Source: Candidatus Hydrogenedentota bacterium (lineage in GTDB: Bacteria; Hydrogenedentota; Hydrogenedentia; Hydrogenedentales; CAIZGN01). From it: DNA of 52,747 nt. Below, in pieces: positions 1 through 9,732 of this stretch. The stretch spans positions 1 through 52,747 of the forward strand of contig CAIZGN010000208.1 of the NCBI GenBank assembly GCA_903932505.1, written 5' to 3'. The notes under the pieces are model-generated. The model did no database searches. It was not told where the DNA came from and was given only the letters and a program-made list of their open reading frames with translations. Each line of letters starts with the position of its first letter. Positions within the stretch are counted from its first letter, which is position 1. The translations under genes were made by a program, and so were the position numbers.

Positions 1-288
1 GGAGATAATGGCGAACGCTGGATACCCTCATACACGCAAACCTCTCTTGGTAGCTCTGCACAAAGCGGATGCTGCAATCCTCAGGATGTCGCAAAGGCTT
101 TTCCTGATGTCTCCCGTGCCTGAAAGCATTATGCGCATTGGGGGGTTGCGATGCAATAAAGGGCTTGGAAAGCCATGGGAGGCGGAACGAAGTTGGATTT
201 CCTCTCAGGGGGCGGGGTAGGGTACTATCAGGCTATTCGAATAATGCCCTGTTCAATAATTTCGGTTTACAGTCAGGAGGAATACCCC

Positions 289-2772
289 ATGGCAAAGCGT
301 GTGGTGGTGGTTGGCGGTGTGGCTGGTGGGATGAGCTGCGCTGCGCGGCTCAAGAGGCTGGACGACTCCCTGGAAGTAACCGTCTTCGAGAAAGGTGCGG
401 ATGTTTCCTTTGCAAACTGCGGCATGCCGTATTTTATCGGGGGGGTGATATCCAATCGTTCGGCGTTGCATGTGCAATCCGCCCAGGGTCTGCGGGCCCG
501 CTACTCGCTGGATGTTCGTCCACGGCATGAGGTGGTGCGCATCGATCGGTCCGCCAAAGCCGTGCGTGTTCGCAATCTGGATACTGGCGAAGAACTTACC
601 CAGCCCTATGACACGCTGGTGCTGTCGCCGGGGGCGGCCCCCATCTTGCCGCCTCTGCCGGGTATCGACGGGGCTAATGTCTTTGTGCTCAGCAATCTGA
701 ATGACATGGACCGCATTGCCATGGCGGCGGCCAAGGGTGGTCACGCCTGCATCATCGGTGCGGGGTTTATCGGGCTGGAATTGACGGAGAATTTGCGGGC
801 GCGCAAGGTGAACGTATCCTTGGTCGAGCGACTTCCGCATGTGGTGCCAACGCTGGATCCGGAAATGGCCCAGCCTGTTCTGCAGGAATTGCGCCAGCAG
901 GGCGTACAGGTCTATCTGTCGGAAAGCGCCACGGCCATTGATGGCGCGCATGTCCTGCTCAAGAGTGGCGGGGTTATTGAAAGCGATTTTGTGTGCGTGT
1001 GCGTGGGGATGCGCCCGATGACCGGTATTGCGGGGGACGCCGGGCTTGAACTTAATGAGCGCGGCTATATCCGCGTTGACCAGCACCTGCGCACCAGTGA
1101 CCCTAACATCTACGCCTTGGGCGATGCGGTTGAAACCCTTGAATTGGTGACGGGCGCGCCCGCAGCCATTCCGCTTGCCGGGCCTGCCAATCGGCAGGGG
1201 CGCATCGCGGCGGATCATATCGCCGGGCGAGTCGAGGCGGCTTATCGCGGCACCCAGGGCACGGCCATCGTGCATGTTTTTAACGTGACGGCGGCCCACA
1301 CCGGGCTGAATGAGCGTCAGATCCGGGAAGCCGGTCACCCCTACCTTCGGGCGTATGTGCACCCCACTCAGCGGCCCCGATACTATCCGGGCTCACAGAT
1401 GCTTGATGTGAAGTTGCTGTTTTCGCAGGAAGGCAAAATCTATGGGGCGCAAGTGATCGGCGGTGAAGGCGTCGAACCCATGATTAACGCGCTGGCTCAG
1501 GCCATCCGGGCCGGATCCACTGTGGAAGATCTGGAATACCTGGAGTTGGCGTATGCGCCCCAGTGGGGTGGTGCGAAACACGGGGTCAATTTGGTGGGCT
1601 ATGTGGCCAACAATATTATAAAGGGCGACCTCGAAGTTGTCGAGGCGGACAATTTCCCTGAGGACGTCTACTGGCTTGATGTGCGCATGCACGCCGAGGC
1701 TGAAGCGGGCACCATTCCCGGTTCGACTGTGATACCGGTGGACGAACTGCGCAAGCGCGTCCAAGAATTACCCAAGGGTCGCGAGATTGCGGTGTTTTGC
1801 GCTGTTGGTCTGCGGGGACATATCGCGTACCGATTTCTCAAGCAAAAGGGCTTCAACGTGCGGAATCTCAACGGTGGATATCGCACTTGGGCCTGTTTCA
1901 ACCCCCGCGAAAAGGCAACGCCCCAATCTGGAGCTGCGGTGAAGTCCGTGCCTGCGGCGGCGCCCGCCACCAAGTCGCAATCCTCGGATGCGGACTCCAA
2001 GCCGTCGGCCCCCGCCGCAGCTCCGGCTCCGGCGCTTTCCTCCGGCCCTGCGATTAAACTCGATTGCACCGGCATGCAATGTCCCGGCCCGCTCGTGCGC
2101 CTGAAGTCTCAACTGGACGCCATGCCTTCCGGGGCCGTGCTGGAAATTACGGCGAGTGACCCCGGTTTTGCCATGGATCTTCCCGTGTGGTGCGAACAGA
2201 CCGGCCACACGCTGTCGGAAATGAAAAGTCAGCACGGTCGCTATACGGCCCGGGTCACCAAGGGTTCCGGGGCGGTGGTGCCTGCGACGGGCGGCAAGAC
2301 CAAGAACAAGAAAACGCTGCTGTGCTTTTCCCAAGATCTTGATCGCGCTCTCGCGACCTTCATGGTGGCCAATGGCGCGGCCTCCATGGGCAGTGAGGTC
2401 ACCATTTTCTTCACTTTCTGGGGCTTGAACCTGCTGCGCAGGCGACCGGCCCCCAAGACCACCAAGTCGCTGCTCGATCGCATGTTCGGGCTTATGATGC
2501 CATCCGGCATCGACAAACTGCGCTTGTCCCGACTGAACATGTTCGGCTTGGGTACCTGGCTCATGAAGTACGTCATGCGCACGAAAAACGTGATGACTCT
2601 GGATGAACTCGTGCGGACGGCTCAGGCTTCCGGCGTGAAATTCGTTGCGTGTTCCACCACCATGGATATTATGGGATTCAGCAAGCAGGAGCTGATTGAT
2701 GGCGTTGAAATCGGCGGTGCGGCCACTTTTCTCGCATCCGCCACCGAGTCAAACGCAACCTTGGTGTTTTAA
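289..2772 (+). CDS. Multidomain sulfur-trafficking flavoprotein: CoA-disulfide/persulfide reductase-like FAD oxidoreductase + rhodanese + TusA/SirA-like + DsrE/DrsE-like domain
   Basis: Start moved to the ATG at 289 (MAKRVVVVGGVAGG dinucleotide-binding motif), preceded by AGGAGG at 275-280. CoADR-type active-site SFANCGMPYF is present. Rhodanese loop CAVGLRG, TusA motif CTGMQCPGP and a C-terminal DsrE-like segment (LLCFSQDLDRALATFMVANGAA..FFTFWGLNLL) follow. Confidence 0.85.
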   Translation: MAKRVVVVGGVAGGMSCAARLKRLDDSLEVTVFEKGADVSFANCGMPYFIGGVISNRSALHVQSAQGLRARYSLDVRPRHEVVRIDRSAKAVRVRNLDTGEELTQPYDTLVLSPGAAPILPPLPGIDGANVFVLSNLNDMDRIAMAAAKGGHACIIGAGFIGLELTENLRARKVNVSLVERLPHVVPTLDPEMAQPVLQELRQQGVQVYLSESATAIDGAHVLLKSGGVIESDFVCVCVGMRPMTGIAGDAGLELNERGYIRVDQHLRTSDPNIYALGDAVETLELVTGAPAAIPLAGPANRQGRIAADHIAGRVEAAYRGTQGTAIVHVFNVTAAHTGLNERQIREAGHPYLRAYVHPTQRPRYYPGSQMLDVKLLFSQEGKIYGAQVIGGEGVEPMINALAQAIRAGSTVEDLEYLELAYAPQWGGAKHGVNLVGYVANNIIKGDLEVVEADNFPEDVYWLDVRMHAEAEAGTIPGSTVIPVDELRKRVQELPKGREIAVFCAVGLRGHIAYRFLKQKGFNVRNLNGGYRTWACFNPREKATPQSGAAVKSVPAAAPATKSQSSDADSKPSAPAAAPAPALSSGPAIKLDCTGMQCPGPLVRLKSQLDAMPSGAVLEITASDPGFAMDLPVWCEQTGHTLSEMKSQHGRYTARVTKGSGAVVPATGGKTKNKKTLLCFSQDLDRALATFMVANGAASMGSEVTIFFTFWGLNLLRRRPAPKTTKSLLDRMFGLMMPSGIDKLRLSRLNMFGLGTWLMKYVMRTKNVMTLDELVRTAQASGVKFVACSTTMDIMGFSKQELIDGVEIGGAATFLASATESNATLVF

Positions 2773-2862
2773 CCCGGCCATAGGGCTTCGGGTTGCTTGT
2801 CGATTCTTGGGCAGAGTGTCGCAGGGTGTCTGGGCGAAAAGCCCGGACACGGGGAGGAGTGA

Positions 2863-5097
2863 ATGACATCCACCGTGGCGTTGTCGTTGACCAAGTGGGC
2901 TTTGGACGTGCTTTCCAAGCTCATCAAGGCTGATGTGCGTCTGCACAACGCCGAGGTCGTGCGCGAGAACATGTCCATCATCTTCGCGCCCAATCATTTC
3001 ACCCGGCTGGAGACGATTCTCCTGCCCTATTTCCTCAACAAGCACACCGGCCGCATGATTATGGGTCTCGCCGCAGCCGAGTTGTTCCAGGGGCCGGTGG
3101 GGGATTTTCTGCAGGCCGCCGGGGCCGTTTCCACCCGCGATCCAGATCGCGACAAAATCATCGTCCGATCCCTGTTACAGGGAAAAGACCCCTGGATTAT
3201 TTATCCCGAGGGCATGATGATTAAGGACAAGAAAGTTATCGGGCCACAGGGTGAACTCGAGATCTACAGCAAGGACGGTCGACGAGCGCCACACACTGGG
3301 GCCGCGCTGCTGGCATTGCGCGCCGAATTCTACCGACACATGATTGAGTGCCTGCATGCGCGACCGCATCAGGAGGGGCTGGATGAAACGCTGCAACGAT
3401 TCGGCCTTCAGTCGGTGGAGGAGGTTTTACAACGACGGACGGTCATCATCCCCATCAACATTACCTATTTTCCCATTCGTGCCCACGAAAACATTCTCCT
3501 GCGGCTCGCCAATCGCCTCAGTGACGACCTCAGCAAGCGCGCCGTCGAAGAATTGTCCGTTGAGGGGACGGTCTTGTCCGAAGAGACCGATATCGACATC
3601 ACTCTGGGTGAACCCATCGATGTGCGGGCCTGTCTGGATGCTCCGCAATACGCTTCCATCATGGCTTGCGGCCTAGACTCTCTGGAGCGGCTGCGCGAAG
3701 ACCCTGCACCGCTGTTGCGGGGCGCGGCGGACGGGCTCATGCAGCGGCACATGCGCGCAAGCTACGAACTGACCACGATTAATCATGATCACCTCTTTGC
3801 CACGCTGACCCGGCATCAGGGTGCGCGACGCTGGAACGAACGCCAGTACCGGTATCGCCTGTATCTCTGCGCCCGCGAAATTCGAATGCTCAAGCGTTAC
3901 CGCATGCATTCCCTGCTGGAGCAGTACTACGGGGACGTTCTTTTTGACGAATCCAGTCGGCGTTTTTCCGACTTTCTTGAACTGTGCGTGCGCGAGGAGT
4001 TGCTGAAGCGCGAAGCAGGGCGGGAAGGCCCCCGGTATCGCTGGGAACCGACTCCTCGGATTGTGGAACCTGATTTCCACTCCATTCGGTCCGAAGAGGT
4101 CACGCAGGTTATTGCCAATGAGTTAGAACCCCTCGTCGAAGCGGCGCGTATCGTGAAGCATATCGCTCAGATGCCCGGTGCGCTGGTCGAAAAGCGGGTT
4201 CGAAAGGCGCTCGAACAGGAGGACATCGCCCGCTTCGAGGAGGATTATGCCCGGTATTACGATCCGGAACTGAGCAAGGATCCCAACGCGGGTCGGCCTT
4301 ATCTGCTGCGTCCCTGGCGCGTTCGCGGGGGGATTGTGCTGGCGCATGGTTACATGGCCGGGCCGCTCGAGGTACGGGCCATGGCGAATTACTTCTGCCG
4401 AAAGGGATACATCGTCTATGGCGTGCGAATGCCCGGCCATGGAACCTCCCCAGCGAATCTGGCGACCGCCCATTGGGAGGAGTGGTACACGGCTTTCAGC
4501 CGGGGCTACGCCATTGTGCGCAGCCTTACCCCGCTGGTACATCTCGGCGGGTTTTCAACCGGTGGCACCCTCGCGTTGCTGGCGGCGGCCCGTAAGGGGC
4601 TTCAGGTGCAGTCCGTTTTTGCGGTGTGCGCCCCGCTGAAGCTGCAGAACTACAAGGCACATTTTGCCGCCTCGCTGGGCACGATTAACGCCTTCATCCG
4701 TCGACTGGATGCCCAATGGACCAAGTGGGACTACGTGGACAATCATCCCGAAAACCCGCACATCAACTACACGAAGAACCCCGTGGCCGGGATCAACCAG
4801 CTCATGCGGGTCATTGAGGCCATGGAGGGCGCACTGCCGGATGTTCGTATTCCGGCACTGCTCGTGCAATCCTCCAAAGACCCGATTGTGAATCCGTCCA
4901 GCGCTTCCATGATCTTCGAGCGGCTCGGCAGCCCGGCCAAGGAACTCACCTTTTTCGAGCGTAATCGCCATGGGATCATCAATGGGCCTGGTGCCGAGGA
5001 GGTCTTTGAGCGCATTCACCATTTCCTGCTTCGTTCCGCGTCGCAGGCGCGTGGCCCCGCTCAACTTGCGCCTTCCGGCGGCAAAGCATTAGAGTAG
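2863..5097 (+). CDS. Fusion protein: N-terminal PlsC/LPLAT-like acyltransferase + helical middle region + C-terminal alpha/beta-hydrolase (esterase/lipase-like)
   Basis: GGAGGAG lies just upstream of the ATG. Acyltransferase block I-like NHFTRLE (HX4D/E) and block III-like IYPEGMM are present. C-terminal hydrolase signatures are HGYMAG, nucleophile elbow GGFSTGG, SSKDPIV and NRHGII. Confidence 0.75.
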   Translation: MTSTVALSLTKWALDVLSKLIKADVRLHNAEVVRENMSIIFAPNHFTRLETILLPYFLNKHTGRMIMGLAAAELFQGPVGDFLQAAGAVSTRDPDRDKIIVRSLLQGKDPWIIYPEGMMIKDKKVIGPQGELEIYSKDGRRAPHTGAALLALRAEFYRHMIECLHARPHQEGLDETLQRFGLQSVEEVLQRRTVIIPINITYFPIRAHENILLRLANRLSDDLSKRAVEELSVEGTVLSEETDIDITLGEPIDVRACLDAPQYASIMACGLDSLERLREDPAPLLRGAADGLMQRHMRASYELTTINHDHLFATLTRHQGARRWNERQYRYRLYLCAREIRMLKRYRMHSLLEQYYGDVLFDESSRRFSDFLELCVREELLKREAGREGPRYRWEPTPRIVEPDFHSIRSEEVTQVIANELEPLVEAARIVKHIAQMPGALVEKRVRKALEQEDIARFEEDYARYYDPELSKDPNAGRPYLLRPWRVRGGIVLAHGYMAGPLEVRAMANYFCRKGYIVYGVRMPGHGTSPANLATAHWEEWYTAFSRGYAIVRSLTPLVHLGGFSTGGTLALLAAARKGLQVQSVFAVCAPLKLQNYKAHFAASLGTINAFIRRLDAQWTKWDYVDNHPENPHINYTKNPVAGINQLMRVIEAMEGALPDVRIPALLVQSSKDPIVNPSSASMIFERLGSPAKELTFFERNRHGIINGPGAEEVFERIHHFLLRSASQARGPAQLAPSGGKALE

Positions 5098-5180
5098 ACG
5101 CGCATCCAGCCGCCTTCGCCGGGCCGGATGCCTCTTCACGAAAAACCGGGCGTGCCATCGCTTATATGGAGGATTGACGA

Positions 5181-6128
5181 ATGCGACAACTGAAGTGTCT
5201 GGCGACCTTGGTCGTGGTGATCGCCGCCGGGTGCGGGCCGACCGCAGCCCCGAAGAACGCCCCCGAAGGTGGTGCCCCCGCCAAGAAGGTCATCGGTGCG
5301 GCAATGCTCACCCAGACCCACATTTTCTTTCAGGATCTCGTCGCCGCGATGGACAAAGAGTCGCAGGCGCAGGGTCTCACCCTGCAGGTGAAGTACGCCG
5401 AGTTCGACAGTCGTACCCAGAACAACCAGATCGATATCTTCATCGCGCAGAAGGTGGACGCGATTATCATTGCGCCGACCGATTCCAGCGGGGTCGCCCC
5501 GGTCATCGCAGAGGCCCGCAAGCAGGGTATCCCGGTGTTCACCGCAGACATCGCCGCGAAGAATGCCGACGTGATCTGCCACGTGGCCTCCGACAACTTC
5601 AAGGCGGGGCAAATGGTGGGCGAATATCTCGCGAAGGCGATCGGGGAGCAAGGGAAGGTCGCCATTATTGACAGTCCGTCGGTGGAATCCGCACAGGAGC
5701 GCGTTCGCGGTTTTGAAGAGGTCATGGCGAAGTATCCAAACATCAAGATCGTGCAGAATCTGCCGGGCGAGGGGCAGCGCGACAAGGCGATGCGCGCGTG
5801 TCAGGATTTGTTGCAGGCGCAGCCCGAGCTTAACGGCATTTTCGGCATAAACGACGACTCTGCGCTGGGTGCGCTTGCTGCGGTTGAGGCGGCGAACCTG
5901 CAGGACAAGATCAAGATTGTGGGTGTGGACGGAACCCCGGAAGCGCGGCAGGCGATTTTGGCAGGCAAGGCACTGAAGGCTGATGCGGCGCAGTTCCCCG
6001 GGCAGATTGGCAAGCACACCATCGAGGTTGTGGCGGACTATCTGTTGCGCGGCAAGATTCCGCCGCTCAAGGCTCCGGTTGATGTCGCCCTGCTGGATCA
6101 GGAAAGCCTGAAAGCGGAGCAGAAGTAA
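5181..6128 (+). CDS. Sugar ABC transporter substrate-binding lipoprotein (RbsB/type-I periplasmic binding fold)
   Basis: GGAGGA RBS. Lipobox VIAAGC. RbsB-like blocks are IGAAMLTQTHIFFQDL, VDAIIIAPTDS, GIPVFTAD and VGVDGTPEA. Confidence 0.85.
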   Translation: MRQLKCLATLVVVIAAGCGPTAAPKNAPEGGAPAKKVIGAAMLTQTHIFFQDLVAAMDKESQAQGLTLQVKYAEFDSRTQNNQIDIFIAQKVDAIIIAPTDSSGVAPVIAEARKQGIPVFTADIAAKNADVICHVASDNFKAGQMVGEYLAKAIGEQGKVAIIDSPSVESAQERVRGFEEVMAKYPNIKIVQNLPGEGQRDKAMRACQDLLQAQPELNGIFGINDDSALGALAAVEAANLQDKIKIVGVDGTPEARQAILAGKALKADAAQFPGQIGKHTIEVVADYLLRGKIPPLKAPVDVALLDQESLKAEQK

Positions 6129-7630
6129 TGGGCGAATACTGTCTTGAAATGATCGGGATTACGAAGCAGTTTCCCGGTGTGCTGGCGCTGGACAATGCGC
6201 GTTTGGAACTGCGGCCCGGCGAGGTGCATTGCCTTCTGGGTGAAAACGGCGCGGGCAAGTCCACCATGATGAAGATACTGGCGGGCGCGCAACCCATGGA
6301 TACCGGGGAAATCCGTCTGGACGGTGAAGCGGTTCATATTCAGTCCCCATACCATGCGCAGCAGCTCGGCATCAGCATGATCTACCAGGAATTCAATCTC
6401 AGCCCGTATCTCAGCGTGGCGGAGAACATTTTCTTGGGTCGTGAACCTCGCATCGGTCGCACGCCCTTTGTCGACTGGCGGCGTATGCGCCAGGATGCCC
6501 GCGAGGTGCTCGCGCAGATTCGTGCGGACATCGATGTGACGCGGCCGGTGAACGAACTGAGTGTGGCGCAGCAGCAGATGGTAGAGGTCGCCAAGGCCTT
6601 GTCCGTCAACGCCAAAATCATTGTGATGGACGAACCCTCGGCCACTCTTACCGACCATGAGTTGACCGCCCTCTTCGATCTCATCAAGACCCTGCGACGC
6701 CAGAACATCGGTATCATCTATATCTCGCACCGACTGGAGGAGATTTTTCAGATCGGGTCGCGAGTTACCGTCATGCGCGACGGGCAGCATGTGGACACCC
6801 GCAATGTTTGCGATCTGACCCGCGAGGATATTATCCGGATGATGGTCGGTCGCGAATTGACTGAAGAATACCCGAAGGAGTATTTCGCGTTGGGTCGTGA
6901 ACGCCTTCGGCTTGATGGACTCAGTCGCAAGGGTGCCTTTGAAGACGTTTCCTTTGCGCTGCACGAGGGGGAAATAGTGGGGCTCACCGGCTTGGTGGGC
7001 GCGGGTCGCACCGAGGTCGCGCGCGCCATATTCGGGGCCGACAAGAAGACCAGTGGATCCATTCTGCTCGACAACGACTCGATTGAAGTTCGATCCCCCC
7101 GCGATGCCATCCGGCAGGGCATCGGCTTGCTCACTGAAGATCGCAAGGGGCAGGGGCTGGTGCTGGGCATGACCGTGCGCGAGAACACAACGCTGGCGAA
7201 TCTGTCCTCCCTGCTGAAAGGCCCGTTCATCGACCGCAAGAAAGAACGCGCCGCCGCCGAGCGATTCGTTCAGGATTTGCACATCAAGACCCCGTCGATC
7301 GAGCAGGTCGCGCAGAATCTCAGCGGCGGCAACCAGCAGAAGGTCGTGCTTGCGAAGTGGCTGTTCACCCAGTCCAAGGTGCTTATTTTTGACGAGCCGA
7401 CGCGGGGGATTGACGTGGGCGCGAAGGCCGAAATCTTCAAGCTGATGAACGAGCTGGTTCGCGAGGGCGTTGCGATTCTCATGATTTCGAGCGAGTTGCC
7501 CGAGGTGCTGGGGATGTGTGACCGCATTCTCGTCATGCATGAAGGCCGACTGGCGGGCGAACTCTCCGGCAAGGAAGCGACGCAGGAAGCCATTATGCGA
7601 TTGGCAACCGGTGCCGCCAACGCGGCATGA
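6128..7630 (+). CDS. Sugar ABC transporter ATP-binding protein, tandem NBDs (RbsA/MglA type)
   Basis: TAATG start/stop overlap with the upstream gene. NBD1 carries Walker A GENGAGKST and Walker B IIVMDEPSA. NBD2 carries GLVGAGRT, signature LSGGNQQK and Walker B LIFDEPTRGID. Confidence 0.9.
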   Translation: MGEYCLEMIGITKQFPGVLALDNARLELRPGEVHCLLGENGAGKSTMMKILAGAQPMDTGEIRLDGEAVHIQSPYHAQQLGISMIYQEFNLSPYLSVAENIFLGREPRIGRTPFVDWRRMRQDAREVLAQIRADIDVTRPVNELSVAQQQMVEVAKALSVNAKIIVMDEPSATLTDHELTALFDLIKTLRRQNIGIIYISHRLEEIFQIGSRVTVMRDGQHVDTRNVCDLTREDIIRMMVGRELTEEYPKEYFALGRERLRLDGLSRKGAFEDVSFALHEGEIVGLTGLVGAGRTEVARAIFGADKKTSGSILLDNDSIEVRSPRDAIRQGIGLLTEDRKGQGLVLGMTVRENTTLANLSSLLKGPFIDRKKERAAAERFVQDLHIKTPSIEQVAQNLSGGNQQKVVLAKWLFTQSKVLIFDEPTRGIDVGAKAEIFKLMNELVREGVAILMISSELPEVLGMCDRILVMHEGRLAGELSGKEATQEAIMRLATGAANAA

Positions 7631-9627
7631 AGCCCCGATACTACCTGCCTGTGATTCTGTCCTTTCTTGCTGTGACGTGTTTGGTCTGGGCGGAAGAGGC
7701 ACCCTCCGCCTTTGGCCTGAAGAAGAACCCGACGCCTGCGGAAACGGCCCCGGTTCCAGCGGTTCCCGCCGAGGGTACTGCGCAAAAGAAAGCCCTCGAC
7801 CTTGCGAAGGTATCGAGACTCTTGCTCGTTACCTTGGAAGGCGTCCAGCAACCCTCGGCCAAGGATGGTGCACTGCTGGCTGAATGTCCCCCCGCTGGCG
7901 TGGTCATCCCGAAGTTATTTCGTCCCGCCGGGGCCAAGACTTACATCGAAGGGTTGCGTGCCCGTGACCCAGAAATCCTCATAGGTGCGGACCTCTACGA
8001 AATTGCCCGGCCTGATGAGCGCGGTGGGGCGCCGTTTATGCCAATGCCTCCGCTGCTCGCCCTTGCGGCCGCCGATGACCCCGAGGGTGCGCGTAACCTC
8101 GCGCTGCTCTGGGGGGAACACCTGCGCGTGATGGGGTTCAATCTTTGTCTTGGCCCACGCCTGGGTCTTGCGCCGAATCACCCCGAGGCCAACGGCACCC
8201 TGCAGTGTCTTGGTGCCGACCCCGCGTTCGCTGCGGAAGCCGGAACCATCTTGTGTCAAAGCCTGGAGACGCAGGGCGTGGTGGCTATGCCCATGGATTT
8301 TCCCGGTGGGGGATTCAATCGCATCAAGCAGTCGCCCGCTGTGCTCTCCACGCCGAAATCCCTGTTGGTCGATACGGATCTGCGGCCCTACCTCGAAGCC
8401 ATTCGCGGCGGTGCGCGGGTGATACATGTGGGCCCCATTCTGGCACCCACCTTGGATGAAGAACGGCGACCGGCCTGCGTGTCGAAGACGGTTATCACTC
8501 AGGTATTGCGGGAAGCGCTAAAATTTGACGGCGTTATCGTGGCGGGGCCGGTGGATGCCCCGGAAATTCGGGGGCTGTATAGTGCCGACACGGCGGCCCT
8601 TATGGCCATTGATGCCGGGGCTGATCTGGTCTACGTTTCCGGTGGGCCCGTTGCTGCGCGGCGCATTGCGGAGCGACTGAGCGTCGCCGTCAGGGAGGGG
8701 CAGATTCCGAAAGAAACGGTTGATGCGGCATTGACCCGGGTGGCCGCGCTGCGGACTTCGGTGGCAGGCCGTGACCGTGAAAAACCGCAGGAATCCCGCA
8801 TGGCCGGTCTTGAAAACCGGCGTCCCTTGGAAGAGGCGATATTGTCGATTGAACGTCAGGCGATCACACTGGTGCAAAATCGCGGCAATGTCCTGCCGCT
8901 GCTGAAAAAGCTCAGTGGGCCTGTGGGCGTCACCGGCGTCACCGGGGTCGACGCATTGCAGGCGGCTTTGGAAAAGCATTTGAAGCATGTCTCGCGGCAA
9001 GACATCGTGACGGCCAGACACGTTGGGGAGATTGAGGACTTTGAAATCCGTCGTATCACGGCCAATCTGCACGGGGGCACGATCGTTTGCGTGCTGGATG
9101 CCAGCGTTCGCGCGGGTGGGGCTGCGCGGCTGATTCGCGAAATCAAGGCGTGTTCCACGCGCCTCATTGTTGTGTATCTCGGCTATCCCAAGCACCTCGA
9201 CACCTTTGCCGAGGCCGATGCGCTCTTGCTTGCGTATTCGGAAGGGGCCAATTCCGAGGAGACCTGGAAAGCGATTGCTGAGGCATTGACTGGACAAGGC
9301 GCGATTGGCATCATTCGGAGAAACACGCCGATAGAAATGCGCGTCGGGGAACGCCGCACTTTTGATACGCAGGAAATCTGCCGAACCCCGGCCGGTCAAC
9401 TTCCCGTTAAGGTTTCCGACCGATTCCCTGTGGGTATCTCGGTTTCCATGCCGCTTGGCGAGCGGGTGGATAGTGCCGAATGGGATTTTGGCAACGGAGA
9501 CAAGGCGCGTGGGGCAAAGACCGAATACGCCTATACCGCAGCCGGACAATACACCCTGACCCTGCACCTCAAAGACAATCGGGGAAAGCCTCTCACACGC
9601 GGGTTTAGCATCAACGTCAGCCAATGA
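7627..9627 (+). CDS. Secreted GH3 N-terminal-domain-like (NagZ-like) protein with C-terminal PKD domain, catalytic motifs apparently degenerate
   Basis: ATGA overlap with the ABC ATPase gene. Signal peptide MKPRYYLPVILSFLAVTCLVWA. GH3-like blocks are GFNLCLGPRLGL, MDFPGGG (in place of KHFPGHG) and GVIVAGPVD. The PKD-like C-terminus is DFGNGDKARGAKTEYAYTAAGQYTLTLHLKD. Confidence 0.6.
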   Translation: MKPRYYLPVILSFLAVTCLVWAEEAPSAFGLKKNPTPAETAPVPAVPAEGTAQKKALDLAKVSRLLLVTLEGVQQPSAKDGALLAECPPAGVVIPKLFRPAGAKTYIEGLRARDPEILIGADLYEIARPDERGGAPFMPMPPLLALAAADDPEGARNLALLWGEHLRVMGFNLCLGPRLGLAPNHPEANGTLQCLGADPAFAAEAGTILCQSLETQGVVAMPMDFPGGGFNRIKQSPAVLSTPKSLLVDTDLRPYLEAIRGGARVIHVGPILAPTLDEERRPACVSKTVITQVLREALKFDGVIVAGPVDAPEIRGLYSADTAALMAIDAGADLVYVSGGPVAARRIAERLSVAVREGQIPKETVDAALTRVAALRTSVAGRDREKPQESRMAGLENRRPLEEAILSIERQAITLVQNRGNVLPLLKKLSGPVGVTGVTGVDALQAALEKHLKHVSRQDIVTARHVGEIEDFEIRRITANLHGGTIVCVLDASVRAGGAARLIREIKACSTRLIVVYLGYPKHLDTFAEADALLLAYSEGANSEETWKAIAEALTGQGAIGIIRRNTPIEMRVGERRTFDTQEICRTPAGQLPVKVSDRFPVGISVSMPLGERVDSAEWDFGNGDKARGAKTEYAYTAAGQYTLTLHLKDNRGKPLTRGFSINVSQ

Positions 9628-9681
9628 GGTGAACCCGATTTGGCGTGTGGCGTGGTGATGCCCCGGATCTCCCACCAAGAC

Positions 9682-9713
9682 AAAAAAAAGAGGCGGGACC
9701 GTGAGGTCCCGCC
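9682..9713 (-). terminator. Rho-independent terminator of the pilin gene
   Basis: Perfect 9-bp stem GGCGGGACC / GGTCCCGCC (9692-9700 and 9705-9713) with a 4-nt loop. On the minus strand it is followed by an 8-T run (A-run 9682-9689 on plus). It sits 20 nt past the pilin stop. Confidence 0.8.
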
Positions 9714-9732
9714 GCAGTGTCTCTTGCAGAGA

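Noticed and set aside
1-288. ORFs 8-220 and 138-530 and possible regulatory sites upstream of the first gene
   Set aside because: I found no family motifs, no RBS support and no convincing -35/-10 pair or operator palindrome. The region is truncated by the window edge.
6098-7702. 534-aa minus-strand ORF, with similar long antisense ORFs at 253-1362, 8518-9678, 26406-27551, 27777-28760, 34731-35738, 38724-39569 and 40807-42438
   Set aside because: Each lies opposite a gene with clear family motifs. They show the R/G/H/L-rich composition typical of antisense frames in GC-rich DNA.
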